A stretch of DNA of 57,048 nucleotides. Source: an uncultured Phycisphaerales bacterium. Lineage in GTDB: Bacteria > Planctomycetota > Phycisphaerae > Phycisphaerales > SM1A02. Below the pieces are notes generated by a model. That model made no database searches. It was given only the letters and a program-made list of their open reading frames with translations, and was not told the origin of the DNA. The DNA lies in the NCBI GenBank assembly GCA_938084645.1, contig CALKEP010000049.1, forward strand, positions 1-57,048, in the 5' to 3' direction. The position numbers and the translations under genes are program-made. Numbering within the stretch: position 1 is the first letter of the stretch; each line of letters opens with the position of its first letter. Below are positions 21,363 to 30,260 of this stretch, in pieces.

Positions 21363-22190
21363 ATGAAGTCGGACGCGAATCTCGAAGCCAACCGAGCCAT
21401 GTGGAACGAAAGGGTCCCGATCCACCTGGACAGCGACTTGTACGACGTGGCGGGATTCATCGAGGGCTCGAGCAGGTTGTGCGACTTCGAGCCCCTCGAG
21501 CTGGGCCCCACCGAGGGGTGTTCACTCCTGCATCTCCAGTGCCACTTCGGACTCGACACCCTCTCCTGGGCGCGGACGGGCGCGATCGTGACCGGTATCG
21601 ACTTCAGCGAGCCTGCGATCCGGGCCGCGCGTGATCTCGCCGCGACGATCGGCGCCGATGCTCGCTTTGAATGCCTTGAAGTCCATGACGCCGCCACCGC
21701 GCTCGATCGCCGCTTCGACGTCGTCTACACCGGGCGAGGGGCCATCTGCTGGCTGCCCGACCTCGACGCATGGGCCCGGCAGATCTTCGAACTCCTCGAG
21801 CCGGGCGGGCGCTTCTACATGCCGGAGTTCCACCCGTTCACCGATGTCTTTCACCACGAACGGCTCGACGTCACCGAAACGTACTTCGACGAGGGCCGCC
21901 CCTATCGAGACGAGACGCCCGGGACCTACGCCGATCCCGACGCGACGACGCTCCGCAACGTGTCCTTCACCTGGACCCACCCGGTGAGCAAGGTGATCAC
22001 GACGCTCGTTCGAGCCGGGCTCATCCTGGAGTCGTTCCACGAGCACGACTTCACGGTCTTCCCTCGATTCGCCGCACTGCGGAAGTCGGTCGACAGCGAC
22101 ATCCATCGCTTCCCGGATGGCCACCCCCGGCTCCCGCTGATGTACTCGATCCTGATGCGGAAACCCTCGGCCCCCGAAGACCCGGCATGA
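21363..22190 (+). CDS. Class I SAM-dependent methyltransferase
   Basis: LLHLQCHFGLDTLSWAR, TGIDFS, FDVVYTGRGAICWLPDL, LEPGGRFY. Confidence 0.9.
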   Translation: MKSDANLEANRAMWNERVPIHLDSDLYDVAGFIEGSSRLCDFEPLELGPTEGCSLLHLQCHFGLDTLSWARTGAIVTGIDFSEPAIRAARDLAATIGADARFECLEVHDAATALDRRFDVVYTGRGAICWLPDLDAWARQIFELLEPGGRFYMPEFHPFTDVFHHERLDVTETYFDEGRPYRDETPGTYADPDATTLRNVSFTWTHPVSKVITTLVRAGLILESFHEHDFTVFPRFAALRKSVDSDIHRFPDGHPRLPLMYSILMRKPSAPEDPA

Positions 22191-22437
22191 GGCCTCACCT
22201 CGGCGTCGAGCCCACGGCGACGGCATGTCGACACGTCTCAAGATGGGATCACGACGATGCGGGAGGCGGGTATGCGTCTGGCCGGTGGAGACGTCCGCCA
22301 CGACCGCAGCCGGGGCACCATCCGAGAATCGACCCGACGGCTCGATTCCGCTCTTTTCCCTCCGCGCGATGTCCCCGCCCCCTCGATTCCGTCAACATGC
22401 CTCCGACGAGCATCGATCCGCGCCCTGGAGAGACACC

Positions 22438-24162
22438 ATGATCGACCGTTCCCAGAGAATTCAGGTCCTCGCCGCCACCACCACCGTGGCGACCGCCATC
22501 CTCGCGACCGCCACGGCCGCCCATGCCCAGGATCGTGGGAACCCTCGATTCCAGGACGTCCTCCTGCATGATCGCTTCGATGCGGATGAGAACGGCCGGC
22601 TCGATCGGACGGAACGGGATCTGGCCCGCGAGGAGGCCGCCGCCAAACCGCAGCGTCGTCGCCGTGGCGGACCGCCGGGCGGCCGCGGTGGTCAGGAGAT
22701 GCCGCGACCGGAGACCCGCGCCGATGCGATCCGAATCGATCCCGACGACATCGATGCGGTTCCTCGACTCGAGAACACCGGACTCTACGATCGTGACGTC
22801 CTCCACACGATCTTCCTGCAGTTCCCCGAAGACGACTGGCATCAGGAGATGGTCGCATTCCATGGAACCGACGTCGAGGTACCCGCGACACTGCTTCTCG
22901 ATGGACGACCGATCGGAGAGGTCGGCGTCTCCTATCGCGGAAACACGTCGTTCGACATGCCCGCGAAGAAGTCCTTCGGCATCTCGATCGACGCCTACGA
23001 CGACGATCTTCGAATCGACGGTCATCGCACGCTCAATCTTCTGAATGCGAACGGCGACGCCTCGCTGATGCGGGAGGTCCTGTTCTCGAACATCGCGGGC
23101 GAGTACGTGCCGGCACCGAAGGCCAACTTCGTACGGGTCGTGGTCAACGGTGTCCACCTCGGCGTGTATGCGAACGTGGAGCAGATCAACAAGGATTTCA
23201 CCAAGACCCACCACGGAACCCGGAACGGCGTGCGATGGAAGGTGCCGCCGGACTTCTCCGGCGGTGGCGCACTCGCGTATCACGGCCCCGATCACGCCGA
23301 CTACACCGGGCGATACGAACTGAAGACGGGTTCGGCGGGCGAGGCGGACTGGGACGCCTTGATCGAACTCTGCCGCGTGCTGCGCGAGACGCCGGACGAT
23401 GAACTCGAGGAGACCCTTCCCCGTCACCTGGACGTGAAGGAGACGATCCGGTTCCTCGCGATCGACAACGCCCTGCTCGACTCCGATGGCTACTACAGCC
23501 GCGGCAGCGATTACTACGTCTACCTCGATCCCGAGGGCGTCTTCCACCTCGTGCACTACGACAACAACGAGACCTTCGGAGGCGGCCGCGGCGGCGGACC
23601 GGGTGGTCCCGGTGGTCCCGGTGGCCCCCCGCCCGACTTCGGCCCCGACGGCCCGCCCCCCGGATTCGAACGAGGCGAACCACCGCGAGCCCCTGGCGGA
23701 TTCGATCGAGGTGGCGGCCGGGAGCGTGGTGCCCGCGGAGGACAGGATGCCCGGCGAGGCGAACGCCGAGGACGTGGCCGCGGTCCGGGCCGCGGGGGGC
23801 CGGGCCGAGGTGGCCAGGGTGGCGGCATGACCCAGGCGCCGCTGGCATTCGCCGACGACCCCGGGACCCGGCCGGTGATCGCACGAATCCTCGCCGTCCC
23901 CGCGTGGCGAGCCGAGTATCTCGAGACCCTGCGGGAGATCGCCGAAGTGCAACTCGCCTGGAACACGCTCGGCCCTCGCGTGGACGCCTACCGGGAGCTC
24001 ATCGAAGCCGACGTGGTCCGGGATCCCTTCCTCGGCGATCGCACGGCGTTTCTCCGATCGCTCTACGGCGACGACCAGTCGCTGAAGTCGCTCGCCTCGG
24101 AACGACGTCGATTCCTCCTCGGCCACGCCGATCTGAAGCCCGCCGCACCGGAACCGAAATGA
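22438..24162 (+). CDS. CotH kinase family exported protein with N-terminal EF-hand and a Gly/Pro/Arg-rich insert
   Basis: GGAG RBS; signal peptide; DADENGRLDRTE EF-hand; VGVSYRGNTS, KKSFGISID, MREVL, GVYANVEQINK, DYYVY..YDNNETFG. Confidence 0.88.
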   Translation: MIDRSQRIQVLAATTTVATAILATATAAHAQDRGNPRFQDVLLHDRFDADENGRLDRTERDLAREEAAAKPQRRRRGGPPGGRGGQEMPRPETRADAIRIDPDDIDAVPRLENTGLYDRDVLHTIFLQFPEDDWHQEMVAFHGTDVEVPATLLLDGRPIGEVGVSYRGNTSFDMPAKKSFGISIDAYDDDLRIDGHRTLNLLNANGDASLMREVLFSNIAGEYVPAPKANFVRVVVNGVHLGVYANVEQINKDFTKTHHGTRNGVRWKVPPDFSGGGALAYHGPDHADYTGRYELKTGSAGEADWDALIELCRVLRETPDDELEETLPRHLDVKETIRFLAIDNALLDSDGYYSRGSDYYVYLDPEGVFHLVHYDNNETFGGGRGGGPGGPGGPGGPPPDFGPDGPPPGFERGEPPRAPGGFDRGGGRERGARGGQDARRGERRGRGRGPGRGGPGRGGQGGGMTQAPLAFADDPGTRPVIARILAVPAWRAEYLETLREIAEVQLAWNTLGPRVDAYRELIEADVVRDPFLGDRTAFLRSLYGDDQSLKSLASERRRFLLGHADLKPAAPEPK

Positions 24163-24295
24163 CCCGAGGGAATTCGAGTGACGTCGTGCCGAAGAATCCC
24201 GCGTGCGAACCATTCGGGCCGATGACTGAATCGAGCGTTCCGCTGGAAGCGTCTCCACGAAAAGACCCCGGCCCACCCCGTTCTGGAATCAAGAC

Positions 24296-25021
24296 ATGAA
24301 GGCCGATCCCGGCTTGATCGCGACTCTGTTGAACACGGCCAGTTCCGGTCCCGGTGAGACCGCGGCGATCCTCGACGGCCCGGTGCCGCCCGGTGCGGCG
24401 CCCGATCCGCTGCTCACGCTCTGCGTGGCGATCGCCTTCGGCATCGTCGTCTCGGCCCTGCATCTGCTCGCCCACCGCGAACGTCCGATCTACACGCTCT
24501 GGCGGACGCTGCTTCTGATCGCCCCGCTCATCGCGATGTCCACGATGGCGGTCGGATCGAACCTCGCCGCCGCCTTCACACTCTTCGGGACCCTTGCGAT
24601 CGTCCGGTTCCGGACGCCCATCAAGGACCCGCTCGATGCGGCCTTCGTCATCTTCTCCGTCGTCATCGGACTCGCCCTCGGCAATGGAAACCTCGAGGTC
24701 GCCACCGTCGGCACCTCGGTCATCGCGGTTCTGATGCTCGTCCTGCTCCTGTTCAATCGGATCATGCCCCGCGAACACCGCTCGACCGTCAGGCTCACCG
24801 TCCGGGGGGTCGGGACCACGGATGCCGCGTGGAGGTCCGTGCTCGACGCGGAGGGGTTGAACTACCGGATCGATTCGTGCACGCTCGACGAGACCTCGGG
24901 CACCCAGGCCATCAAGTTGAGCATCGCCGGAATCGCCGGGGAACGTTGGCTGGCGATTCTCGCCGCGCTGCTGGCGATCCCCGAAGTCCAGCGTGCGGCC
25001 GGCCGAACCGACGAAGAGTGA
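24296..25021 (+). CDS. DUF4956 family membrane protein
   Basis: VGSNLAAAFTLFGTLAIVRFRTPIKDP signature; several TMs followed by a soluble C-terminal domain. Confidence 0.88.
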   Translation: MKADPGLIATLLNTASSGPGETAAILDGPVPPGAAPDPLLTLCVAIAFGIVVSALHLLAHRERPIYTLWRTLLLIAPLIAMSTMAVGSNLAAAFTLFGTLAIVRFRTPIKDPLDAAFVIFSVVIGLALGNGNLEVATVGTSVIAVLMLVLLLFNRIMPREHRSTVRLTVRGVGTTDAAWRSVLDAEGLNYRIDSCTLDETSGTQAIKLSIAGIAGERWLAILAALLAIPEVQRAAGRTDEE

Positions 25022-25037
25022 TCACGCCGAGATCCCG

Positions 25038-26156
25038 TCAGGGCGTCATGGCCTTCGTCGGATCGATCCCCCGGGGCGGCGCGCCGGCATCGTGCAGGTG
25101 ATGCTCCAGGAACGCTCGAACCGCCGCGTCGATCGACGGATCGAGAAATCCGCCGTGCCCGCCGGCGTCCACCGGAACGAGGGTCACGCGGCCTCCCACG
25201 CGGCGAGCCGCTTTCGCGAACTCGACGGATTGCTCGAACGAGACGAGCCGATCCCTTCGGCCGTGGATCACGAGGATCGGCGGATCGGCGGCGTCGACGA
25301 AGTTGATCGGGCTTGCGTCCCGCGCCCGATCGGGCCGCGACTGCAATGCCCCGCCCACGAGCCGCGACTCGGGAGAACCCACCGCATCGTGATCGATCGC
25401 ACCCTCCGGAGCCTGCACCTGCATGGCAAGGAGATCCGTCGGTCCGTAGAAGTCGACGGCGGCCCGCACCCGGACCGGTGGATCCGGCCGGACCGCCAGC
25501 ATCGCCGCGAGGTGACCGCCGGCGGATCGACCGAACACCGCGATGCGCTCGCGATCGAATCCCAGTCGTTCCGCATGGTCGTGGATCCATCGCAACGCCG
25601 CCCGGCAGTCCTCGAGCTGCGCCGGCCAGATCGCCTCCCCGCTGAGGCGGTAGCCGATGCTCGCCACCGCATAGCGCCCGGTGGCCGCGAACGACATCGC
25701 CTGCTCGAGCCCCGATCGATGATCCCCGACCCGCCAGCCACCACCATGGATGTAGACGACGACGGGGAGCGGGCCCTCGATGGCGGATCGCGCAGGAATC
25801 GCGAGCGCCAGGCGATGGCGGGGATTTCCGTCCCGTCCGTAGTCGATGTCGTCGATCACGCGGACCGACCCGTCCGGCGGTGGATTCGGGGCACGGTCGC
25901 GCCCCACCACCGCGAGATGTTCCTGGAGATCGATGACACCGTCGCCGTTTCGATCGACTCGCTCGAAGTTTCCCCGAAGCCCTTCCGGCAGTTCGTCGCG
26001 AACGAGCCGGCCGTCACCGTTCCGGTCCCATCGCTCGAACCGGTCGTCGACCTCGGCGTTCGCCGATTCCACCCCGACCGCACCGACCAGCAACAGCATG
26101 AAGACCGCGCTTCGTCGCTCGCGTCCCCGGGACCTGGATCCAACCGATCGCATCAC
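25038..26156 (-). CDS. Exported alpha/beta hydrolase (BD-FAE/acetyl-esterase-like) with N-terminal EF-hand pair
   Basis: DRNGDGRLVRDE and DRNGDGVIDLQE; HGGGW; nucleophile GRSAGG; HGRRDRLV; GGHG. Confidence 0.9.
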   Translation of the reverse strand: MMRSVGSRSRGRERRSAVFMLLLVGAVGVESANAEVDDRFERWDRNGDGRLVRDELPEGLRGNFERVDRNGDGVIDLQEHLAVVGRDRAPNPPPDGSVRVIDDIDYGRDGNPRHRLALAIPARSAIEGPLPVVVYIHGGGWRVGDHRSGLEQAMSFAATGRYAVASIGYRLSGEAIWPAQLEDCRAALRWIHDHAERLGFDRERIAVFGRSAGGHLAAMLAVRPDPPVRVRAAVDFYGPTDLLAMQVQAPEGAIDHDAVGSPESRLVGGALQSRPDRARDASPINFVDAADPPILVIHGRRDRLVSFEQSVEFAKAARRVGGRVTLVPVDAGGHGGFLDPSIDAAVRAFLEHHLHDAGAPPRGIDPTKAMTP

Positions 26157-26278
26157 CTGTGCCTCCCGTCGATTCGATCGCCCGGCCCGCTCGCGTCCCG
26201 ACCGTCGATCGGCGTTCAGGGTACCGTCCCACGTTCACGCCAGGCCACCCCGTTCGCAAGACCCCCTGGGGAGATCCG

Positions 26279-27706
26279 ATGTCCGACTCACGCTCCGACG
26301 CGCTCGTGCTCTTCGGCGCTTCCGGCGACCTCGCCCGGAAGATGACCTTCGTCTCGCTCTACCGCCTCGCCACCCGAGGCCTCCTCGACATGCCGATCGT
26401 CGGCGTGGCGTTCAGCGACTGGACCGACGAGACGTTTCGATCCAATGCCCGCGCGGACATCGAAGCGGCGGGCCAGACCGTCGACGACGCGGTCTGGTCG
26501 GCGATGGCCGCCCGGATGACCTTCGTGCAGGGTGACTACACCAAGCCCGAGACGTACTCGGCCGTGAAGAAGGCCCTCGGCGGCGCGGCCCGCCCGCTCT
26601 ACTACCTCGAGATCCCCCCCGGCCTGTTCGAGAAGACCGTTCGAGGCCTGCACGACGCGGGACTCCTCGACGATCCCGACGCTCGCGTCGTGGTCGAGAA
26701 GCCCTTCGGGCACGATCACGACTCCGCCGTCGCCCTCTACCAGGCCCTCGCCTCGATGCTGACGGACGAACAGCTCTACCGCATCGACCACTACCTCGGC
26801 AAGAACGCCGTCCAGAACATCATGGTCTGGCGGTTCGCGAATCGACTCTTCGAGCCCATCTGGAATCGTGAACACATCGATTGCATCCAGATCACCATGG
26901 CGGAGTCCTTCGACGTCGCCGACCGTGGCTCCTTCTACGATCGGGTCGGCGCCCTCAAGGACGTCATCCAGAATCACATCATGCAGGTCGTCGGTCTCCT
27001 CACCATGGAGCCGCCGAGCTCGGTCGATCCGACCCATATCCACGCGGCCCAGCTCGACGTCTTCGACGCCATGCGTCCGGTCGCCCCCGATGACGTGGTC
27101 CGCGGACAGTACGCGGGGTATCTCGACGTCGACGGCGTCGCGAAGGACTCGAACACCGAGACCTTCGTCGCGCTTCGAGTGCACATCGATTCGTGGCGAT
27201 GGGCCGGCGTGCCGATCGTCATCCGCGCCGGCAAGGCGCTGGCCCGGACCGGGACCGAAGCGGTGGTCGTCCTCAAGCAGCCGCCGCTCGATCTCTTCGG
27301 CAAGGACCGACATGGCGGCGAGCCGCCGGCGCCGAACTGGATCCGGATCCGACTCGGCCACAACGACGGGGTGCAGACCCGGGTCCAGGCCCTCGATCCG
27401 ACGGAGTCCGCGGAAATGGAATCGACGGACGTGGTCATGGACGTCGACTTCAAGACCGCCCTCGACACCGAGAAGCTCCCCTACGAACAGCTGCTCGGTG
27501 ACGCCCTCGACGGTAATCCGACGCGTTTCGCGACCCAGCCGATCATCGAAGGGACCTGGACGGCCCTCGCGCCGATCGTCGATCATCCCGGTCCCGTCGA
27601 GACCTACGAACCCGGCACCATGGGGCCCGCCTCCGCGGATCGTCTTCTGGATGGTCTTCACCCCTGGATCGATCCGGTCTCGCCCGCGAGCGAACGTCCC
27701 GCCTGA
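26279..27706 (+). CDS. zwf: Glucose-6-phosphate 1-dehydrogenase
   Basis: LFGASGDLARK, VVEKPFG, YRIDHYLGK, DVIQNH, RWAGVP..RAGK; GGGGAG RBS. Confidence 0.96.
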   Translation: MSDSRSDALVLFGASGDLARKMTFVSLYRLATRGLLDMPIVGVAFSDWTDETFRSNARADIEAAGQTVDDAVWSAMAARMTFVQGDYTKPETYSAVKKALGGAARPLYYLEIPPGLFEKTVRGLHDAGLLDDPDARVVVEKPFGHDHDSAVALYQALASMLTDEQLYRIDHYLGKNAVQNIMVWRFANRLFEPIWNREHIDCIQITMAESFDVADRGSFYDRVGALKDVIQNHIMQVVGLLTMEPPSSVDPTHIHAAQLDVFDAMRPVAPDDVVRGQYAGYLDVDGVAKDSNTETFVALRVHIDSWRWAGVPIVIRAGKALARTGTEAVVVLKQPPLDLFGKDRHGGEPPAPNWIRIRLGHNDGVQTRVQALDPTESAEMESTDVVMDVDFKTALDTEKLPYEQLLGDALDGNPTRFATQPIIEGTWTALAPIVDHPGPVETYEPGTMGPASADRLLDGLHPWIDPVSPASERPA

Positions 27707-27725
27707 ATCGCGCGAACGACGAGGT

Positions 27726-30170
27726 TCATTCCAACGCAAGTCGGGCGAGGTGGATCGACGTCGTCCCCTCGTGCGAGGTGTAGTAGGAAACGACGATTTC
27801 GTCGTCCAGCCGGACGAAGCCCGGATAGCTCGTATCCCCGCCGGACGGAAGCACCGCGACATCGGTCCAACCGCCGTCCTCGCCTTCATCCCAGATCCCG
27901 AGCACGGTGCGCGGTCCGTCCGCGGACCGTCGCCGACCACCGACCAGCCAGCGATCTTCGCCGAGCGGGATGAAGTCCGGGCCTCCGAGCGACTCCGGCA
28001 AGGGCGTGAAGGACCACCGATCGAACGGCGCCCTCGCGGTGCCGAACCAGGCGCGGCCATCACCGCCTTCCCGTCTGATCAACGCCCGCATCGAACCATC
28101 CGCCGCGAACCGGATCGTGACTTCGTTGGGGGTGCCGGTCACCGGAAGCGAGGCTCGCCGGTCGTAGGTCACGCCGTCGACCGTCGTGACGAGGTGGATC
28201 CCCGACGCCTCCGGCGACGCCTGATACACGACCCCGTAGCCGACCCCCTCGTGCCAGGTCGTCCGCCAGAGCCAGTCATGCCCGGTCCGAATCCGGTCGT
28301 CGATGACCACTTCCCGAACCGGTCCCGACCGTCCGCCCCGCCGATCGAGGAACGCGACGCGGGAACGACAACTTCGGAGCGTCGACCCCTCGTAGATCGA
28401 ACCCCCGAATCCGACCATGATGCGGCCGTCGGGCGCGACCGACAGTTTCGGATCGCGGAGATCCACGCCGGGTTCCTCGAAGCGGGCGACCGATCGCCAG
28501 CCCGACGCGTCGCCGGGGTCGAGCACGATCACGCGGATCCGGCCGTTCGATCCACCCACGTGGGACTCGCCCTCGCGAAACGCGCAGAAGAGACGTCCGT
28601 CGACCTCGAGCAGGTCGGTGAAGGCGTTGTGCGGGGCCTTCGCCCAGATCCGCTCCACCGAACGAAGCACGACGGACCTCGGCTCGGGTGGAACGACGGA
28701 CTCCGTCGGTGACGCGGTGCCTTGAAAACGAAACGCGAAGAGATCCGCGTCCCGCATCTCGAAACGGATCCGGATCGGACGACCGGCCAGTTCCCCCACT
28801 TCCGATCCCCCGCTCCAGGTCACGATCCGATCGATCTCGTTGCCGATCTGTTCGATCGCATCGTCTCCGCCGTATCCGGGGATCGGCGTTCCATCGACAT
28901 CGAGCAGCGACACCCGGATCCCACCCGCGGCGGACGTGGCGAAGTTCAAGGAGAGACGGTCACCTTCGAACACCAGGGGCCGGGTCGTCCAGACGCCGCC
29001 CTCGGCATCGGCCCGCATCGAGGCGAGGCCGTCGACCCGCATCGAGTGGCGACGAAGCTCCGCGGTCGGCTGGGCGTAGTTCTGGTTCACGTAGACGGAC
29101 ATCTCGTCCGGACCGGACGGCACCACGTTGAGGGCGGGATAGTTCGAACGCGAGACCCAGTTCTCGAGGCCGATTCCGGGCCGGATGATGGACTCACGGA
29201 ACGAACGGTCGTAGCGATCTCCACCCCGCGAGGTGAGGAGCACCGCGTCCGAACAGTCGCGGTAGTACCGGGGGTCCACGCCGAGCGCCGCGGCCGACGC
29301 ATCGTCCACCACCTGCCGCCCGGGCATGAATCGCGCCGCGATGCCGATGTAGATCCCGGGGGATCGATAGTAGGGATGGGTCTGGTTGGTGTAGAGATGC
29401 TCCATCGGACCATCGCCGAAACGCATCGGCACGGATTCGGACCAGTCGATGAAGTCGGGCGAGGTCGAACGACTGACCGTGCGGTATCCGCGGTAGCCGC
29501 CTTCCGACCACGTGCGGAAGTAGCAGCAGTAGCACTGTTCCGCCTCCGACCAGAAGGCCACGTTCTGCGAATCGAACATGCCGTCGACGATCACCGGCGC
29601 TTCGCGGATTCGAGACCAGTGGATGCCGTCGGGCGACGCGTAGGCGATGAGCCCGGAGCGTTCGTTGCCACCGAGCGCCTTGAAGCGCCGGTCGGGATCC
29701 ACGCCGGGCCTGGTGTCGAGGAACGGACTGAAGTTGTGGGTCACCGGCGCGGCATCGGCGAGAATCACGTTGTTCGCGTCGGTCCCGTCGACCTCGTGCA
29801 GGCCGAGCACCGGCCTCGACCACCGGTGTCCGTCGGTGGACACCGCGAGACAGGTGGTCTCCCGCACGGTTCCGTCGCCACCCGCGTCCGGAAGACCGCG
29901 GTAGTAGAGGAGAAAGCGATCGCCGTCACGGATGACCGTCGCGTAGCCCGAGAACGGTCCCTCCCAGGGCCGGTCGAATCGGAAGACCACCCCCTCGTCC
30001 CGGGGCCGACCCGGTTCGAGTCGGACGTCGCTCATGGAGTCGACGAGGTGCTCGTCGAGCATCGGCTGGAGCGAGGTGCCGATCTCGACCACCGGCGGGA
30101 ATACGTCACCGGAGGAGGGCGGAGCCGCGGTCAGCATCGACGCGGCAAGCGGAATGATGGCGATGGTCAT
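27726..30170 (-). CDS. Two-domain glycoside hydrolase-like protein (five-bladed propeller-type domain fused to a sialidase/BNR-like domain)
   Basis: Asp-box-like STDGHRW, SPDGIHW and SPDFIDW in the N-domain. C-domain has RIWAKAPHNAFTDL, DLRDPKL and GGDTSYPG. Confidence 0.75.
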   Translation of the reverse strand: MTIAIIPLAASMLTAAPPSSGDVFPPVVEIGTSLQPMLDEHLVDSMSDVRLEPGRPRDEGVVFRFDRPWEGPFSGYATVIRDGDRFLLYYRGLPDAGGDGTVRETTCLAVSTDGHRWSRPVLGLHEVDGTDANNVILADAAPVTHNFSPFLDTRPGVDPDRRFKALGGNERSGLIAYASPDGIHWSRIREAPVIVDGMFDSQNVAFWSEAEQCYCCYFRTWSEGGYRGYRTVSRSTSPDFIDWSESVPMRFGDGPMEHLYTNQTHPYYRSPGIYIGIAARFMPGRQVVDDASAAALGVDPRYYRDCSDAVLLTSRGGDRYDRSFRESIIRPGIGLENWVSRSNYPALNVVPSGPDEMSVYVNQNYAQPTAELRRHSMRVDGLASMRADAEGGVWTTRPLVFEGDRLSLNFATSAAGGIRVSLLDVDGTPIPGYGGDDAIEQIGNEIDRIVTWSGGSEVGELAGRPIRIRFEMRDADLFAFRFQGTASPTESVVPPEPRSVVLRSVERIWAKAPHNAFTDLLEVDGRLFCAFREGESHVGGSNGRIRVIVLDPGDASGWRSVARFEEPGVDLRDPKLSVAPDGRIMVGFGGSIYEGSTLRSCRSRVAFLDRRGGRSGPVREVVIDDRIRTGHDWLWRTTWHEGVGYGVVYQASPEASGIHLVTTVDGVTYDRRASLPVTGTPNEVTIRFAADGSMRALIRREGGDGRAWFGTARAPFDRWSFTPLPESLGGPDFIPLGEDRWLVGGRRRSADGPRTVLGIWDEGEDGGWTDVAVLPSGGDTSYPGFVRLDDEIVVSYYTSHEGTTSIHLARLALE

Positions 30171-30260
30171 GCCCCGAGAATCCGGGACGGAGACCGGCAG
30201 GTCAAGATGCGATCGGTGGATTCGAGGGAAGCCGGTGTCGAACAGGGCCTGCGGACGCGA

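Noticed and set aside
23599..23626. Short tandem repeat as a possible CRISPR or contingency locus
   Set aside because: In-frame 9-bp PGG codon repeat inside a CDS; no spacers and no cas genes.
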